Shown: positions 14,692-28,355, counted from the whole stretch's first letter. The stretch: DNA of 63,937 bases, filler included, from Octopus bimaculoides (GCF_001194135.2; 4 parts of 4 records of this genome joined end to end with filler, not necessarily neighbours in it); one strand, 5' to 3'. Program-made: numbers and translations. Notes: generated from the sequence alone by a model not told the origin.

Positions 14692-14875
14692 ACGCGACTA
14701 AAGGAACTGGGGGGCCAGATGCCTTCCATTTTGAGCGGACTCACATTGACGTTTTCAAATTTCAAGTGCAATTGAGGGCGGTGTGTAAGGTGCTGCCTCG
14801 AAATAGATTTGTAAAATTCTGCTGGAATGTAGCGGGGATGATCGGGCAGAATGAACCTGCACTTAATGTGTACCT
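14692..14875. other. Exon-like island, open in register on both strands; strand unresolved
   Basis: Plus: T-rich acceptor, ATKGTGGPDAFHFERTHIDVFKF...NVYL, CT|gtaagt. Minus 14745-14873: acttacag acceptor, VHIKCRF...FENVN, |gtgagt. Confidence 0.35.
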
Positions 14876-15293
14876 GTAAGTTGAACACTATAGAAAAGAG
14901 AGGAGTACGTGCACTTGCCAGAGTAATCATGGCTAGAGGGTGACACGGGATCTGTGGAGAAGCTTGGCCGCACGTATGTGGCGTTCCTTCATTGACGAAA
15001 TGCTGACCTTGTGCCAGAATTTGAAACCAATATCATCATCACCATCATCATCATCAACTTCATCATCATCATCAGATGCTGAAATATAGTTCAACTACCA
15101 ATAAAATATCTATTACTTTCCAATCACGCTTTTCGTCATTAATGTTTGCCTTGGTGATGGATTACGTCAGCTCTTCGTCATTAATGTTTACCTTAGTGAT
15201 GCATTGTCTCAGTCGTTTTACAAGTAAAGAACCCTTCTCTATATCTATATGTCTTCTGGTTCAGTTACTTCAATCCTATATAAACTTTAAAAA

Positions 15294-15356
<63 letters not shown>

Positions 15357-15540
15357 CCGGACGAAATATTTACCGGTATTTCGCCAGTCATCAAATTCTG
15401 AATTCAAACTGCACCGAGGTTGACTTTGCCTTTCATACTTTCGGGGTCAATGAATTAAGTACCAGTGAAACACTAGTGTCGATGTATTCGACTAGTACCC
15501 CTCCCCTCAAATTTCAGGCCCTGTGCCTATAGTAGAAGTG

Positions 15541-15602
<62 letters not shown>

Positions 15603-15603
<1 letters not shown>

Positions 15604-16660
15604 GAGCGTGAGAGCAGTGCATGCAATCAAAGTAACACTGGGGTAAAATATACGAAACCCAGTATACCCATCATCACTACCCGTCTCATAAGGGTACTCC
15701 AGGCATATGCACTTCAATCATATGTGCGCAGCATGGTGATCTCATATCAAGATTATCAATGCTTGACGTTGCAGGTGGCAGCCAGTTAGAATGTTCTTAA
15801 AGTCGTGTAGACCGTCACCCTCAAAAGGTCCCTGAATAAGGGCTGCTTAAGGATGTTGAACAAAACACCCATGTTTCCAAAGGTGAATTATCCGAATCCC
15901 AAGAGATTCCTTTCAAAACAATTCCTTTCAGAACTTCTAGTCCTGATGAGAGATGCATATATCATCAGCCACTAAGGGACATGCTCAATTGGTTAAGGTC
16001 NNNNNNNNNNNNNNNNNNNNNNNNNNNNNNNNNNNNNNNNNNNNNNNNNNNNNNNNNNNNNNNNNNNNNNNNNNNNNNNNNNNNNNNNNNNNNNNNNNNN
16101 NNNNNNNNNNNNNNNNNNNNNNNNNNNNNNNNNNNNNNNNNNNNNNNNNNNNNNNNNNNNNNNNNNNNNNNNNNNNNNNNNNNNNNNNNNNNNNNNNNNN
16201 NNNNNNNNNNNNNNNNNNNNNNNNNNNNNNNNNNNNNNNNNNNNNNNNNNNNNNNNNNNNNNNNNNNNNNNNNNNNNNNNNNNNNNNNNNNNNNNNNNNN
16301 NNNNNNNNNNNNNNNNNNNNNNNNNNNNNNNNNNNNNNNNNNNNNNNNNNNNNNNNNNNNNNNNNNNNNNNNNNNNNNNNNNNNNNNNNNNNNNNNNNNN
16401 NNNNNNATAAGGGCTGCTTAAGGATGTTGAACAAAACACCCATGTTTCCAAAGGTGAATTATCCGAATCCCAAGGGATTCCTTTCAAAACAATTCCTTTC
16501 AGAACTTCTAGTCCTGATGAGAGATGCATATATCATCAGCCACTAAGGGACATGCTCAATTGGTTAAGGTCAAAGAGCTGACAAGCAAATATGTGGTATT
16601 GAGCAGAATATTTGCTGTTTCACATCTTTTATACCAAGACAAAACAATGTTCATGACAAC
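15603..16660 (-). mobile_element. Probable LINE 3' end with (TAA)n tail; 163-nt segment repeated either side of a gap
   Basis: Non-SSR sequence ending in (AAT)n on minus; 15838-16000 is nearly identical to 16409-16571. Confidence 0.45.
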
Positions 16661-16705
16661 ACTTTCAATCAGTTAATATCAGAAGCCTGGCACTGCATCA
16701 GGTCA

Positions 16706-16755
<50 letters not shown>

Positions 16756-16774
16756 AAATATTGTTATTATTATC

Positions 16775-16805
<31 letters not shown>

Positions 16806-16807
<2 letters not shown>

Positions 16808-16971
16808 CATACAGAAAATTGCACTACTGGGTACTGCACACATTCTACGGAAAACACTTTCAATACAGTAAACCTAAGAGCACCACAGCAAACCACAGCA
16901 CATACCCAAGGCGCACAGAGCTGCGCTCGGTAGTGAAGTGAAAGCACGTTATAAAAATAAAACTACTGAAC

Positions 16972-16972
<1 letters not shown>
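16806..16972 (+). mobile_element. Extreme 3' end of a Dong-like LINE embedded in (AAT)n
   Basis: QKIALLGTAHILRKTLSIQ* plus short UTR, with (aat)n on both sides. Confidence 0.75.
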
Positions 16973-17008
<36 letters not shown>

Positions 17009-17084
17009 TCATCCTTATTATTCCTTCGTAACAGTGTAGGTAAAAATGCACCGGAGTCATTAGTCATCTGTCAAGTCACAACAA

Positions 17085-17528
17085 CGACATCAAACAGATA
17101 ATACTTTTCTTAAGATGTGCGTTGTGCCCAATAACGATGCTTTTTGCAAGACATGAATCTTGCATGGTATTTCCAGTTGCCATAAGAAGTCTAAAAGTTC
17201 GAATGGGATTGAGCCCAACGATCCAATCACCATTGGTATTACTTTTACATTACCCTCTCGCATTCCATACAGTCTTGCCATTTCCACTTTCAATTCAGAG
17301 TATTTGGTGAATTTTTCAACCTCTTTACTCACAACTTTCATGTCATTTAGAATGGCTACATCAATGATCTGACAGTATTTGTTTCTCCTAATCAATATGA
17401 CAATATCCGGCCGACTGTGTTCGATTACACGATCCGTCTGAAAATCGTTACTTTTCCATCCTCCTGCATAACTTTACTTGGAACATGTTCATAAGAGTTC
17501 TCTGTTACTTCATATTGGTATTTACAGC

Positions 17529-17530
<2 letters not shown>
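17085..17530 (-). mobile_element. RLE-type LINE 3' fragment
   Basis: CQIIDVAILND...EKFTKYSEL...VIPMVIGSLG...QKASLLGTTHILRKVL; bounded 5' by (AAT)n. Confidence 0.85.
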
Positions 17531-17618
<88 letters not shown>

Positions 17619-19829
17619 CGGGTTGGCTTTGTATTTCATATGTGGGAGTCAATAAAATAAGTACCAGTTAAAAAATGCGGTCGAGAAAAGGGATTTAATG
17701 CCTTCATCTAAAAATAACAGGCCTTGTGCCTAAATTGGAAAGAATTAATATTATATAGTTTTCTTAAGACTGCAAGCTAGTAGAATTGTCAGCACGCCAG
17801 GCAAAATACTTAGCGGCAATTCGTCCGGCTTTTCGTTCTAAGTTCAAATTCCGCCAACATCGAATTTACCTTTCATCTTTTCGAGGTCGATAATATAAGT
17901 ACCAGTTAAGCACTGGGTCGATGTCATCGACTTATCCCTCCCCAAAATTTGAAAGTAATATTATACAGTCTTCTTAATTTAGTGCATGATTTCATTTCAT
18001 AGCTGAATGTCCATGTGGGTAATTTAATTGGATAGTAATTTACGCCAGCGTTTCATTTTCTTTAGTTTTTCACTATTAGTCAAGTCCTTCCATTTTTAAA
18101 AACAGTAGTGAAACTACTTTTGAGGTGCAGTATTTTAGTTATATCAATATGGCTTCGTAGAAATTTGTAAACACGTTTCACCGGTACCCATAGCCCGGAT
18201 CTGGTCTTCTTCGTTTCCACTGTCCTACCTTTTTTTTTAATTACTTTCGAACATTTGTTTTCGTGATAACATCTTTCTACGCCTCTAAACTTTTGCTGTA
18301 ATTTCCCACTTACTTTATCTGCTGTGTTTTATTAATTCATCTGGCATTTCACCCCCAAAGTTGGCCCTCAACTAAATTACTTTCTCCTGTATCCGGTCGT
18401 ATGCAATTCCTTCTCTCATTTCCTTTACGCATATCAAATAGACGTTTCTGATTGGTTTGAAAAAGGCCATTTTCCTTAACATGGCTGTCTCTTTCGTCTA
18501 TTTTCTGTCTTGGCAGTTTTTATTTTACTCTTTGCTTTCGTGTCTCGATTGTTATCCCAAATTAATTTTTACTTACGTTATACATTTTCACTAATCTATT
18601 TTTATTTTATTTTTCCTACAATTTGTTTATCTTCCATTGTTTCAATTTACACCCCCACATCCATACATATNNNNNNNNNNNNNNNNNNNNNNNNNNNNNN
18701 NNNNNNNNNNNNNNNNNNNNNNNNNNNNNNNNNNNNNNNNNNNNNNNNNNNNNNNNNNNNNNNNNNNNNNNNNNNNNNNNNNNNNNNNNNNNNNNNNNNN
18801 NNNNNNNNNNNNNNNNNNNNNNNNNNNNNNNNNNNNNNNNNTATATATATATATATATATATTAAACCTCTGAGCTGCTTTTGTATCCAATTCTACAACC
18901 AAGATGTACACTGCTCCTGCTTTTCTTATTTTCCATCCAGAAATTCTTAAACTACAATGCTACCCACCACTATCAATATACTGTTGCGCAATATTCTGTA
19001 ATTCGCAGCCTCACGAATTACATGGATTGCTCTCGATACTTTTAACTTACACCTTTTTCGATACTTTTCTTCACAAACTTAACTAGGTCTGGAGCATCCT
19101 ATTCCTTCGGCTTTATTTCATTTTCGTCAAAGCTATTCACGTCGAATATCTTCTTGTATGCTTCATTTTGTTCCCCATTCAAAAGTGAATATTATATTTC
19201 CGTAGTTAGATATGATTGTTACATTACCCCAAATTCTCTGAAGAGTTATTGTCATTCATCAAATCGTTGATAGTTGTAAATTTTTGTTGACCGTTCTCTG
19301 TGATTTTTCAATTGCTAAGTCAGGGAAATACGCCCCAGTCCATATATACAATGTGAAGATGAATGTCCTGGTGGTTAGGGTGTTGCACATATGATGTTCA
19401 GATCGTGCTTCAGATTAATGATGGATATGAGCATTTCTTGTAATCATAATATATGGGCAGCAGAATTTAATAAGTTCAGAAATATAAAAAATTCCTCATT
19501 GAATTGAAAAAAAAATATGGCAACTGAAAACGGTTAAAATATATAGGATCACTTGGAGTGATAAAAAAAAAAAGGAACTGAAAAATACTAGAGAATGATT
19601 CCTGGCTAAGTATTAGATAATTGATCAAAATAAACAGATAATATGATATCATAGGCTGCACGTAGGAAGCTCCCTACGCATGCAAGACTCCAGGAGTTCC
19701 AGCAAAGTCTTAGTTACAAATGAAAATAATAAAAATAATAATATACAATGCTTGGCTTGCTACCTGTTGTCCACTAATTCTAAGTAACCCATACCTTTTC
19801 ATATGTCTAGCATTTCTTCTCAACCCCAT

Positions 19830-20735
19830 CTTTCTCGTAATCCCGTCATCTTCCTCCTCATCCTCCTACCCATCATCATCATTATTACTATCCGCATAGC
19901 CATCGTCACTATCACCATTAGTGCATGCCTAATCAACGCCATCATTATTAACATCCTTCATCGCCTCCTCCCCTCATATTCCTCCTCCTTCGCCCCTTCC
20001 TTGTCACTGCCATTATCATCTTCGTTGCTTAACATTATAAAATCAACATCATTTATATTTGTCACTGTTGCAATCGTCACATTATCTCGATTATCATTAT
20101 TATGCAGTTTGCGATAATTCGAAAGATGACCATAATGATAAGGATAATCAACAGCAGCTGCATCCGGGTCGCCATCATTGCCTACTGAATCACTACCGTT
20201 ACCACCACCACCACCACCACCACCACCACATCATCATTATCATATTCATCATCATCATCATTATCATCATCATTATCAACTTCGTTGTTGTCGTCGACCG
20301 TTGTTCTTAGCGTCGTATTCACCACTGCCACCGCCATCATCGTCGCCGTTGTCAAATTCATCTTCGTTTTCCTCGTCACCATCATCTCCGTCGTCATCAT
20401 ATGTAGCAGCAGCAGCAGCGGCAGCAGCAGCGGTGGCAGTACCAGCAGCATTATCAACTTCCTCACCATCATAAGCCTAATCATCGTCTTGGTCGTCTTC
20501 GTCGACGTCCCCTTACATGTCCTGTTCTGATTACTAATCATGAACGCAGTTCTCGTGGGCATGGCAGTTATCGTCATCGTCATCGTCCGTACAATCATCA
20601 TTGTCATCATCATCATCATCATCATCGTTGCAGTCATCGTCATCGTGGTTGTAGTCGCTGTCGTCGTCGTCATCAACATTATCATCATAATCATCATCAC
20701 CAGCATCATCATCATCATCATCATCACCATCATCC

Positions 20736-20783
<48 letters not shown>

Positions 20784-20820
20784 GACTCATCATCATCGCC
20801 ATCACTATTACCCTTCTCCT
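19830..20820. repeat. Degenerate (CAT)n/(CAC)n tract
   Basis: Directly visible. Confidence 0.95.
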
Positions 20821-22236
20821 TTGTTTACCTCTGCAATCCAAATTCTTCTGATAATTACCCCTCCACTCCCCCATAGTAACGCCCTGCCCCATCCAAACCC
20901 ACACGAATATCATTTTATTGGCCATTGTATTCATTATTCCAGTTAGAATTGTTTACTCTGGCATGGTTCTCTCCTCGCTTCATTTCACTATTTTATGGTT
21001 ATTTGATAATTGTGCGCGCGGCTCACTTCGATCTGATATCGATTTTATTCGACCTGTAATTCTTGTGTGCTTCACATTGGAGAATCAATTAAATTCCGTT
21101 TTCCCTGATAACGTATGCAAAATGCAATAAATAGCCATACATCTAACACACATACTCATTCCTACACTGTGTTACATCTACATATACATACGCAAACAAT
21201 ATCATATTCATATGTTCATATAAAGTAGAAACTTTTATGTTATCGTTTTAGTTCTTGCTAGTAACCCTTTAACTTATCAAAAACGAAAAGCCTAAGTCTA
21301 CAAGGTAGATATAGATGTTAGGAACAATTTACCATGGCTGGAATACCTCTCATAAAGTTGAAATAATCATAAGAGAAAGGTGTACCATATTTGCCTCTAA
21401 CAAGGAGAGTTGGCATAACATTTCATGTGAGTTTAAATTTCATGAACGTCGACGCTGTTGACTGCTTAAATCTACGGGACACATTGTCGGGAGGACTTTA
21501 AAGACTGATGAGATCCATGCAGATATATTCAGCACCTCTCTTCCCATTTCCGAATAAAGATGCAACTCTTCATTTGCTGTAGATAGTGAGCATAAAGTAC
21601 AAGCATATAGCTTTCTCTCTCNNNNNNNNNNNNNNNNNNNNNNNNNNNNNNNNNNNNNNNNNNNNNNNNNNNNNNNNNNNNNNNNNNNNNNNNNNNNNNN
21701 NNNNNNNNNNNNNNNNNNNNNNNNNNNNNNNNNNNNNNNNNNNNNNNNNNNNNNNNNNNNNNNNNNNNNNNNNNNNNNNNNNNNNNNNNNNNNNNNNNNN
21801 NNNNNNNNNNNNNNNNNNNNNNNNNNNNNNNNNNNNNNNNNNNNNNNNNNNNNNNNNNNNNNNNNNNNNNNNNNNNNNNNNNNNNNNNNNNNNNNNNNNN
21901 NNNNNNNNNNNNNNNNNNNNNNNNNNNNNNNNNNNNNNNNNNNNNNNNNNNNNNNNNNNNNNNNNNNNNNNNNNNNNNNNNNNNNNNNNNNNNNNNNNNN
22001 NNNNNNNNNNNNNNNNNNNNNNNNNNNNNNNNNNNNNNNNNNNNNNNNNNNNNNNNNNNNNNNNNNNNNNNNNNNNNNNNNNNNNNNNNNNNNNNNNNNN
22101 NNNNNNNNNNNNNNNNNNNNNNNNNNNNNNNNNNNNNNNNNNNNNNNNNNNNNNNNNNNNNNNNNNNNNNNNNNNNNNNNNNNNNNNNNNNNNNNNNNNN
22201 NNNNNNNNNNNNNNNNNNNNNNNNNNNNNNNNNNNN

Positions 22237-22269
<33 letters not shown>

Positions 22270-22795
22270 ATATACCTACTCACATACGTATGTGTATGCG
22301 TGAGTGCGTGTTTTAAAGTACAAAAGCAGGAATTATGATATTCAATGAATAAAGAATCTATATGCTGTGACTGACTTCGTCTTTCGTCAGAGTCTTACAT
22401 TTTATAGGATCCAGAGAAATATCGCTCGAGGAAATTGCTTGCTGTCTCTAGTCAGCCCTAAGCGTATATCTGTCTATTTGAACGAGCAAAAAATGTCTTC
22501 CAACGCGGAGAAAGTTCTAGTTGGTTACAATCAAACCTACACTTGGCATGCTGAAGCATATTTTAGTGTCACCAAGAATCTTAGGTGAATGATAGCCAAA
22601 GGTTACATGTAACCTCAAAAGTATTCAATAAATATACCTGGCAAGCTCTATCTCTGGTATATANNNNNNNNNNNNNNNNNNNNNNNNNNNNNNNNNNNNN
22701 NNNNNNNNNNNNNNNNNNNNNNNNNNNNNNNNNNNNNNNNNNNNNNNNNNNNNNNNNNNNNNNNNNNNNNNNNNNNNNNNNNNNNNNNNNNNNNN

Positions 22796-22830
<35 letters not shown>

Positions 22831-23502
22831 ATGTATGTATCGTTTTTGTATGTCTATTTATTTCTCTTAGTAGTACGACATGATTTAGAATTTTAATGAA
22901 TTTTTAGTGGTTTATATTTACCTTTTCGTAAGCTTCTCTATATATTTGTATTTTATTCGCATATATTCTTTTTACCTTCTGTGCTTTTATGTATATATAT
23001 ATTTCTATATATTTTTTATATGTTTAAGAACATTTGTAATAATTATATATTATCAAATGTTTGAGGTACGGTGATATATATGAAGTCCTTGATGCGAATT
23101 TGATGTTTGTTCTATGATTAATGCTTCTTAATTCATATATATGCGAGCGCGCGCGTGTATGTGTGTTTATGAAGTAGCAGCAACTCGGGTATATGTCAAA
23201 ATGATGTCGAAACATCGCTGACTTTCACTCCGAAAGATAGGGTTTTGATGTGGGTCGTCCCTCTTGTCTCTGACTTAATTTCAGATGCTTTAGACGAAGT
23301 ACACCGAGAATATACACCCTTACTCCTAAAAATCGCACCCGCTCGACGAAGTAATAAAATACACACTTTGTGTATGTGTGATCCATTTTGTTCATATATA
23401 TTTAATCACTAAAAGTGCACAATGAGCCAGTAGGCACTTGTTGCCTTAGCTTTGTCAATATTAATTAAACAAAAGGAAGAAGATACATACATACATATAT
23501 AT

Positions 23503-23596
23503 AGCCTCAGGCTAAGCAATGTCTTGTGAGTGAAATTGCGTAGAAGCCCGTCATATATATATATATATATAGATAGATAGATAGATATATATATAT

Positions 23597-23663
<67 letters not shown>

Positions 23664-23716
23664 TATGACAGGCTTCTTCGCAATTTTAACTCACCAGGCA
23701 TTGCTTAGCCTGTGGC
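23503..23716. repeat. Inverted SINE-derived arms around a (TA)n(GATA)n tract
   Basis: 23503-23556 is an imperfect reverse complement of 23662-23716. Confidence 0.85.
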
Positions 23717-24968
23717 AATAATAGAAAATACTTGTCCAAGGTGTCACACACCGGGACTGAACACGTTACCATAGGAACAGACCATTAATTAACATATTCA
23801 TATGTGTGGCAGAATTGAGCCACATGTACTTCAGTCCGTAGTATATAACTTTTGCTTTGAAAACAGAATTGTTGTATCGAATCAGAATATATTTTTTGTA
23901 AATGTTTAGAAGCAATTTGTTGCGGCGGGTGCCAAAAGTACAAAAGTCGCTACTGAAGCTTAGAAATGACCTGATTTTGATACCTAGAATGAATTCTACT
24001 TCTTCTCTAATCCCCGTGTGGAAGACATATTAGTTCGTATATATTTCAATCAAATAACATCAGAAGACCTTTTCAAGTGACAAAACGTGACGCAGCAGAT
24101 TTCATTGAGAGTTGGTTTTGAATGTGTGATGTTCTTGTTTTCCTTAGGGTATTAACGACACAGATGCAGTGTATTAGTTTCCAGAAATTGATAAATTAAA
24201 TATTGATTCAGCAATAGCATTAAGAAGTATAATTTCTTTCCTTCCATTTTTCCGTAAAGGAGAGAACTATTGTGATCGATATTCTTAATCAGTGTGATTT
24301 TATTAGGTCTGAAAACATAAAACATGAAATTAACAATTTGATCTCATAGGGTTTGAAAGCATTGAAATATTGTACACGGAATATTGTAAAACATTTAGAA
24401 CAGTCTTCCGAATCACACTGTAGATTTTTGTGGACAGAATTAAATCAGAAACATATATGTTACAATAATATAAAAGAATTTTATATAAACCACCCAAGCG
24501 CACAATTTGTTTCCAAAGTGTTACGATAAATGAACCCTTAATTATAAATATGATGACCAAAAACGTCTTTGTTCTGATAAAGCTTACTGCCATTCTGGAG
24601 CCTATCCCTTTGTGAGCAATTATTTGTTAAATGTAAAGCAAAATTATCTAAACACTAACCAAGTGACGTCGACTGGGATTTCAAACACTTACCGAAATCA
24701 TTCAGTGCTTACTGAATACAAAATGATTTAGTCCTTACAATAATGTATCCGGTTTAGCCATAGTACCATATTGGGATAACAATGTTGCATGCCCATTGAT
24801 AATAGCTTAATTTTTTTATTTCACCCGATCAAATTTAATGAAGCCTTTTCGTCATCTACAACAAACGCACTGATTGCAGTAGTGGAATATCAACAGTGCC
24901 TTTGATAATTAGCTGGAAAGAATATGCAGGATTAAGTGATACGGAAAGAGAAGGATCCGTGTAAGAGG

Positions 24969-25034
<66 letters not shown>

Positions 25035-25925
25035 AACAGAGCAACGGAGATGGAGAGAGAGAGATACACACAGACAGACATACAGGAAGACAAACAAACA
25101 GACAGGAAACAGGTAACAGAAATTTGTGCAGAAATATGTAATAAGCCACGTGACGCAGGGAGAAGCAGAAAGTGCTACGGGATTAGAATAGCAAGTATTG
25201 AAACATGACTAAATATTTCCAAACAAATCAACATTCTAGGAACTGGTTTTGGTGTTTTGTAAAAGCCCTATTGAGAATCAAAAGAACTGTCCTTATCTCT
25301 GGAGTTGGAAGTAGAAATAATTGGCATGAACAGGTTTTATAGAAATTACAACATTGAAAGGATTGTCGGTCTGTATAAGAGAAAAATGGTATATTGGTGA
25401 GTCAGACTATCAATTATGGTCGCAACAAAAAATTGTTTGAGTTTATATTGAAAGCAGAGACAACGAATACAGTTCTGTACATAGTTAATATTTGAAGTTG
25501 AAATACATTGCAAAATTAGCGAGATGCAAAAGGGTTGTTGGTAACCCATCCAAATACATATATATCATAGATTCACACGTTCAGTGAGGAGTAGAGACAC
25601 ATAAATATACATACATACTTGCATNNNNNNNNNNNNNNNNNNNNNNNNNNNNNNNNNNNNNNNNNNNNNNNNNNNNNNNNNNNNNNNNNNNNNNNNNNNN
25701 NNNNNNNNNNNNNNNNNNNNNNNNNNNNNNNNNNNNNNNNNNNNNNNNNNNNNNNNNNNNNNNNNNNNNNNNNNNNNNNNNNNNNNNNNNNNNNNNNNNN
25801 NNNNNNNNNNNNNNNNNNNNNNNNNNNNNNNNNNNNNNNNNNNNNNNNNNNNNNNNNNNNNNNNNNNNNNNNNNNNNNNNNNNNNNNNNNNNNNNNNNNN
25901 NNNNNNNNNNNNNNNNNNNNNNNNN

Positions 25926-25959
<34 letters not shown>

Positions 25960-25963
<4 letters not shown>

Positions 25964-26185
25964 GTGTGTATGTATCTATTTATCTCTTATGTATATATGT
26001 GTGTATGTGTGTATGTATGTATGCGTGTTTGTATGTCTGTGTTTGTTCCCTCAACATCGCTTGACAACCGATGCTGGTGTGTTTATGTCCCCGTAATTTA
26101 ACAGTTCGGCAAAAGAGACTGACTCGACTAAAGGTGGTGCTCCAGCATGGCCGCAGTCAAATGACTGAAACAAGTAAAAGAATAA
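25960..26185 (+). mobile_element. SINE family 2, 3' half
   Basis: aacatcgcttgacaaccgatgctggtgtg...gtggtgctccagcatggccgcagtcaaatgactgaaacaagtaaaag. Confidence 0.8.
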
Positions 26186-27230
26186 AAAAATAAAAGAATA
26201 TATATAAGATATGAGTGTAGGCAGTACAAATTTTGTTCAACTAAACGAAATATTTAATCACTAAAAGTGCGCAACGACCCAGCAGGCACTCGTTGCCCTA
26301 GCTTTGCCAATATTAATTAAACAAAAACGAAGAAGATACATAAAATATACAATTCTGGAATATTTCACCTGAGTTTGTCTTCTTGTTTTGGTGACTATTC
26401 ACTTCGACAGATACTGAGACAGAAGGAATGAAAGAAGAAAACAAAAAGAAAATAAAGAGAAACAGAGGGAGAAATATTGAAACAGAATCGAGAATTGAAA
26501 TGATGCTAAGTCTCAAAAGCTAATGGCTCTCGATCTCATGATACACCATCAATTTTTAAATGTTAACGTTATAAGAATTTAGACATTTCAAGAGAAGTTT
26601 TCTTTCACAGTAGACCTCGGAGTGAAACAGTTCATTCGATGATAGGTTCACCACGGGAAGGAACATAGTGTCAAATATCATAAAAATGATTGTAGAATTA
26701 AACGACAGAACAGAATAATGAGACTACCGTTAAAATGAATTGCAGTATCAAAGCACACGTTGCGTAATTCAGCAAAAGCAAAAAGATAGAAAATGAGAGT
26801 CATGTGTAGCTTGTTGCATCAATATTACCATAGGAAGGAAGGTGGTGATTTGGCAGAATCGTTAACAAGCCGGGCAAAATGCTTAGCAGAATTTCACCTG
26901 TAGTTACGTTCTGACTTCTAGAAAAGTGAATGTAGGTATTAGCTTATATGTTAGTATTTGTACAACTCCGCTGGAAACTACCAGATCTGAGTGGTGAGTT
27001 CGAGCACAGTGGAATATATCATTTTGAAAGAAAAATAAAAGTAAAATTGATGCATGAATATACTTTCGAATCTTCGTAGCAATTCGATTTTGGCATTGCA
27101 TAACAGCAGTTGTAAATGTACATTCATAAAAATAATCATTTAGACCAATGGTACCTAGCCTGCAGTCCGCGAGCCCCTGGCGACCTGAAGAGGTAGTACT
27201 GAGGGTCCACGAACTAAATTTAAAATTTCG

Positions 27231-27272
<42 letters not shown>

Positions 27273-27372
27273 NNNNNNNNNNNNNNNNNNNNNNNNNNNN
27301 NNNNNNNNNNNNNNNNTTAATTAATTAANNNNNNNNNNNNNNNNNNNNNNNNNNNNNNNNNNNNNNNNNNNN

Positions 27373-27407
<35 letters not shown>

Positions 27408-27624
27408 ATAGTTCAAAAAAGGGAAAAAGACAAAAAAAACAACAACAAAAAACAACAATGTGAGGACGTGATACAGATTGTGTTACTAGACGCTCGGGAA
27501 AGGAAAGAGTGAGAGCATGACGTTTCGAGCGGAGCTCCTCGTCAGAAACAAGGAAAGTTCAAAGAAGGGAAAAACGGAAGAAGAAAAAATCGCCGCCGAC
27601 GTCCACGAGGTTACATATATATAT

Positions 27625-27830
27625 AAGGTGAGCTGGCAGAATCGTTAGCACGCCGGGCGAAATTCTTAGCGCTATTGCGTCTGCCGTTACGTTCTGAGGT
27701 AGACTTTGCCTTTTATCCTTTCGGAGTCGATTAAATACGTACCAGTTACGCACTGGGTTCGATGTAATCGACTTAATCCCTTGTTTGTCCCCTCTATGTT
27801 TATCCCCTTGTGGGCAATAAAGAAATATAT
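27625..27830 (+). mobile_element. SINE family 3 copy
   Basis: Same unit; further copies at about 836-950(+), 2085-2260(-), 8140-8340(-), 15355-15545(+), 17770-17950(+), 59740-59890(-), 60705-60915(-). Confidence 0.8.
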
Positions 27831-28067
27831 ATATGTTTACTTCTATAATGGTGGACTCTACCACTGGATGCCCTGATGTCTTTAATATATAATTATGTTC
27901 GATATTTTGATAATGTTGGATTGTTATAAAGTTACTTCTAACCAATTAGAGCGTTTATTCATTATACCGTTCATTCTGATCTTTTTTTTCTTTTTTCTCA
28001 GTGTTTCCATCTGCAATCCTCTTTTTTTATTTTTCTGCTTAACGAAATTATAAGAAGACCTTCATAT

Positions 28068-28135
<68 letters not shown>

Positions 28136-28313
28136 TCACTACATTTTCCCCTCTTCCGGCAAGAAGCAGAGTAAGAGGGGAAGAAGAAGGTGGAGGAAGA
28201 TGAACAGCAGCAAAAAAAGAAGAAGAAGTAGAAGAAGAAAAAGAAGAAGAAGAAGAAGAAGAAGAAGAAGAAGAAGAAGAAGAAGAATGATAATAATAAT
28301 AATAATGATGATG

Positions 28314-28355
<42 letters not shown>

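Noticed and set aside
15838-16571. 163-nt near-identical duplication flanking a gap (similar cases at 51069-51425, 52370-53060, 54830-55510)
   Set aside because: Probably unmerged contig overlaps or haplotype ends; cannot be called biological without reads.
19100-19200. Minus-strand LLNGEQNEAYKKIFD, reminiscent of a PIF1/Helitron helicase start
   Set aside because: Too short, bounded by stops, and lacks a Walker A motif.
27317-27328. TTAATTAATTAA islands inside N runs (also 57710-57721 and 61817-61828)
   Set aside because: Each is 44 N + 12 nt + 44 N = 100 nt, a palindromic all-frame-stop spacer marking unsized gaps. It is an assembly artefact, but order and distance across these gaps are uncertain.
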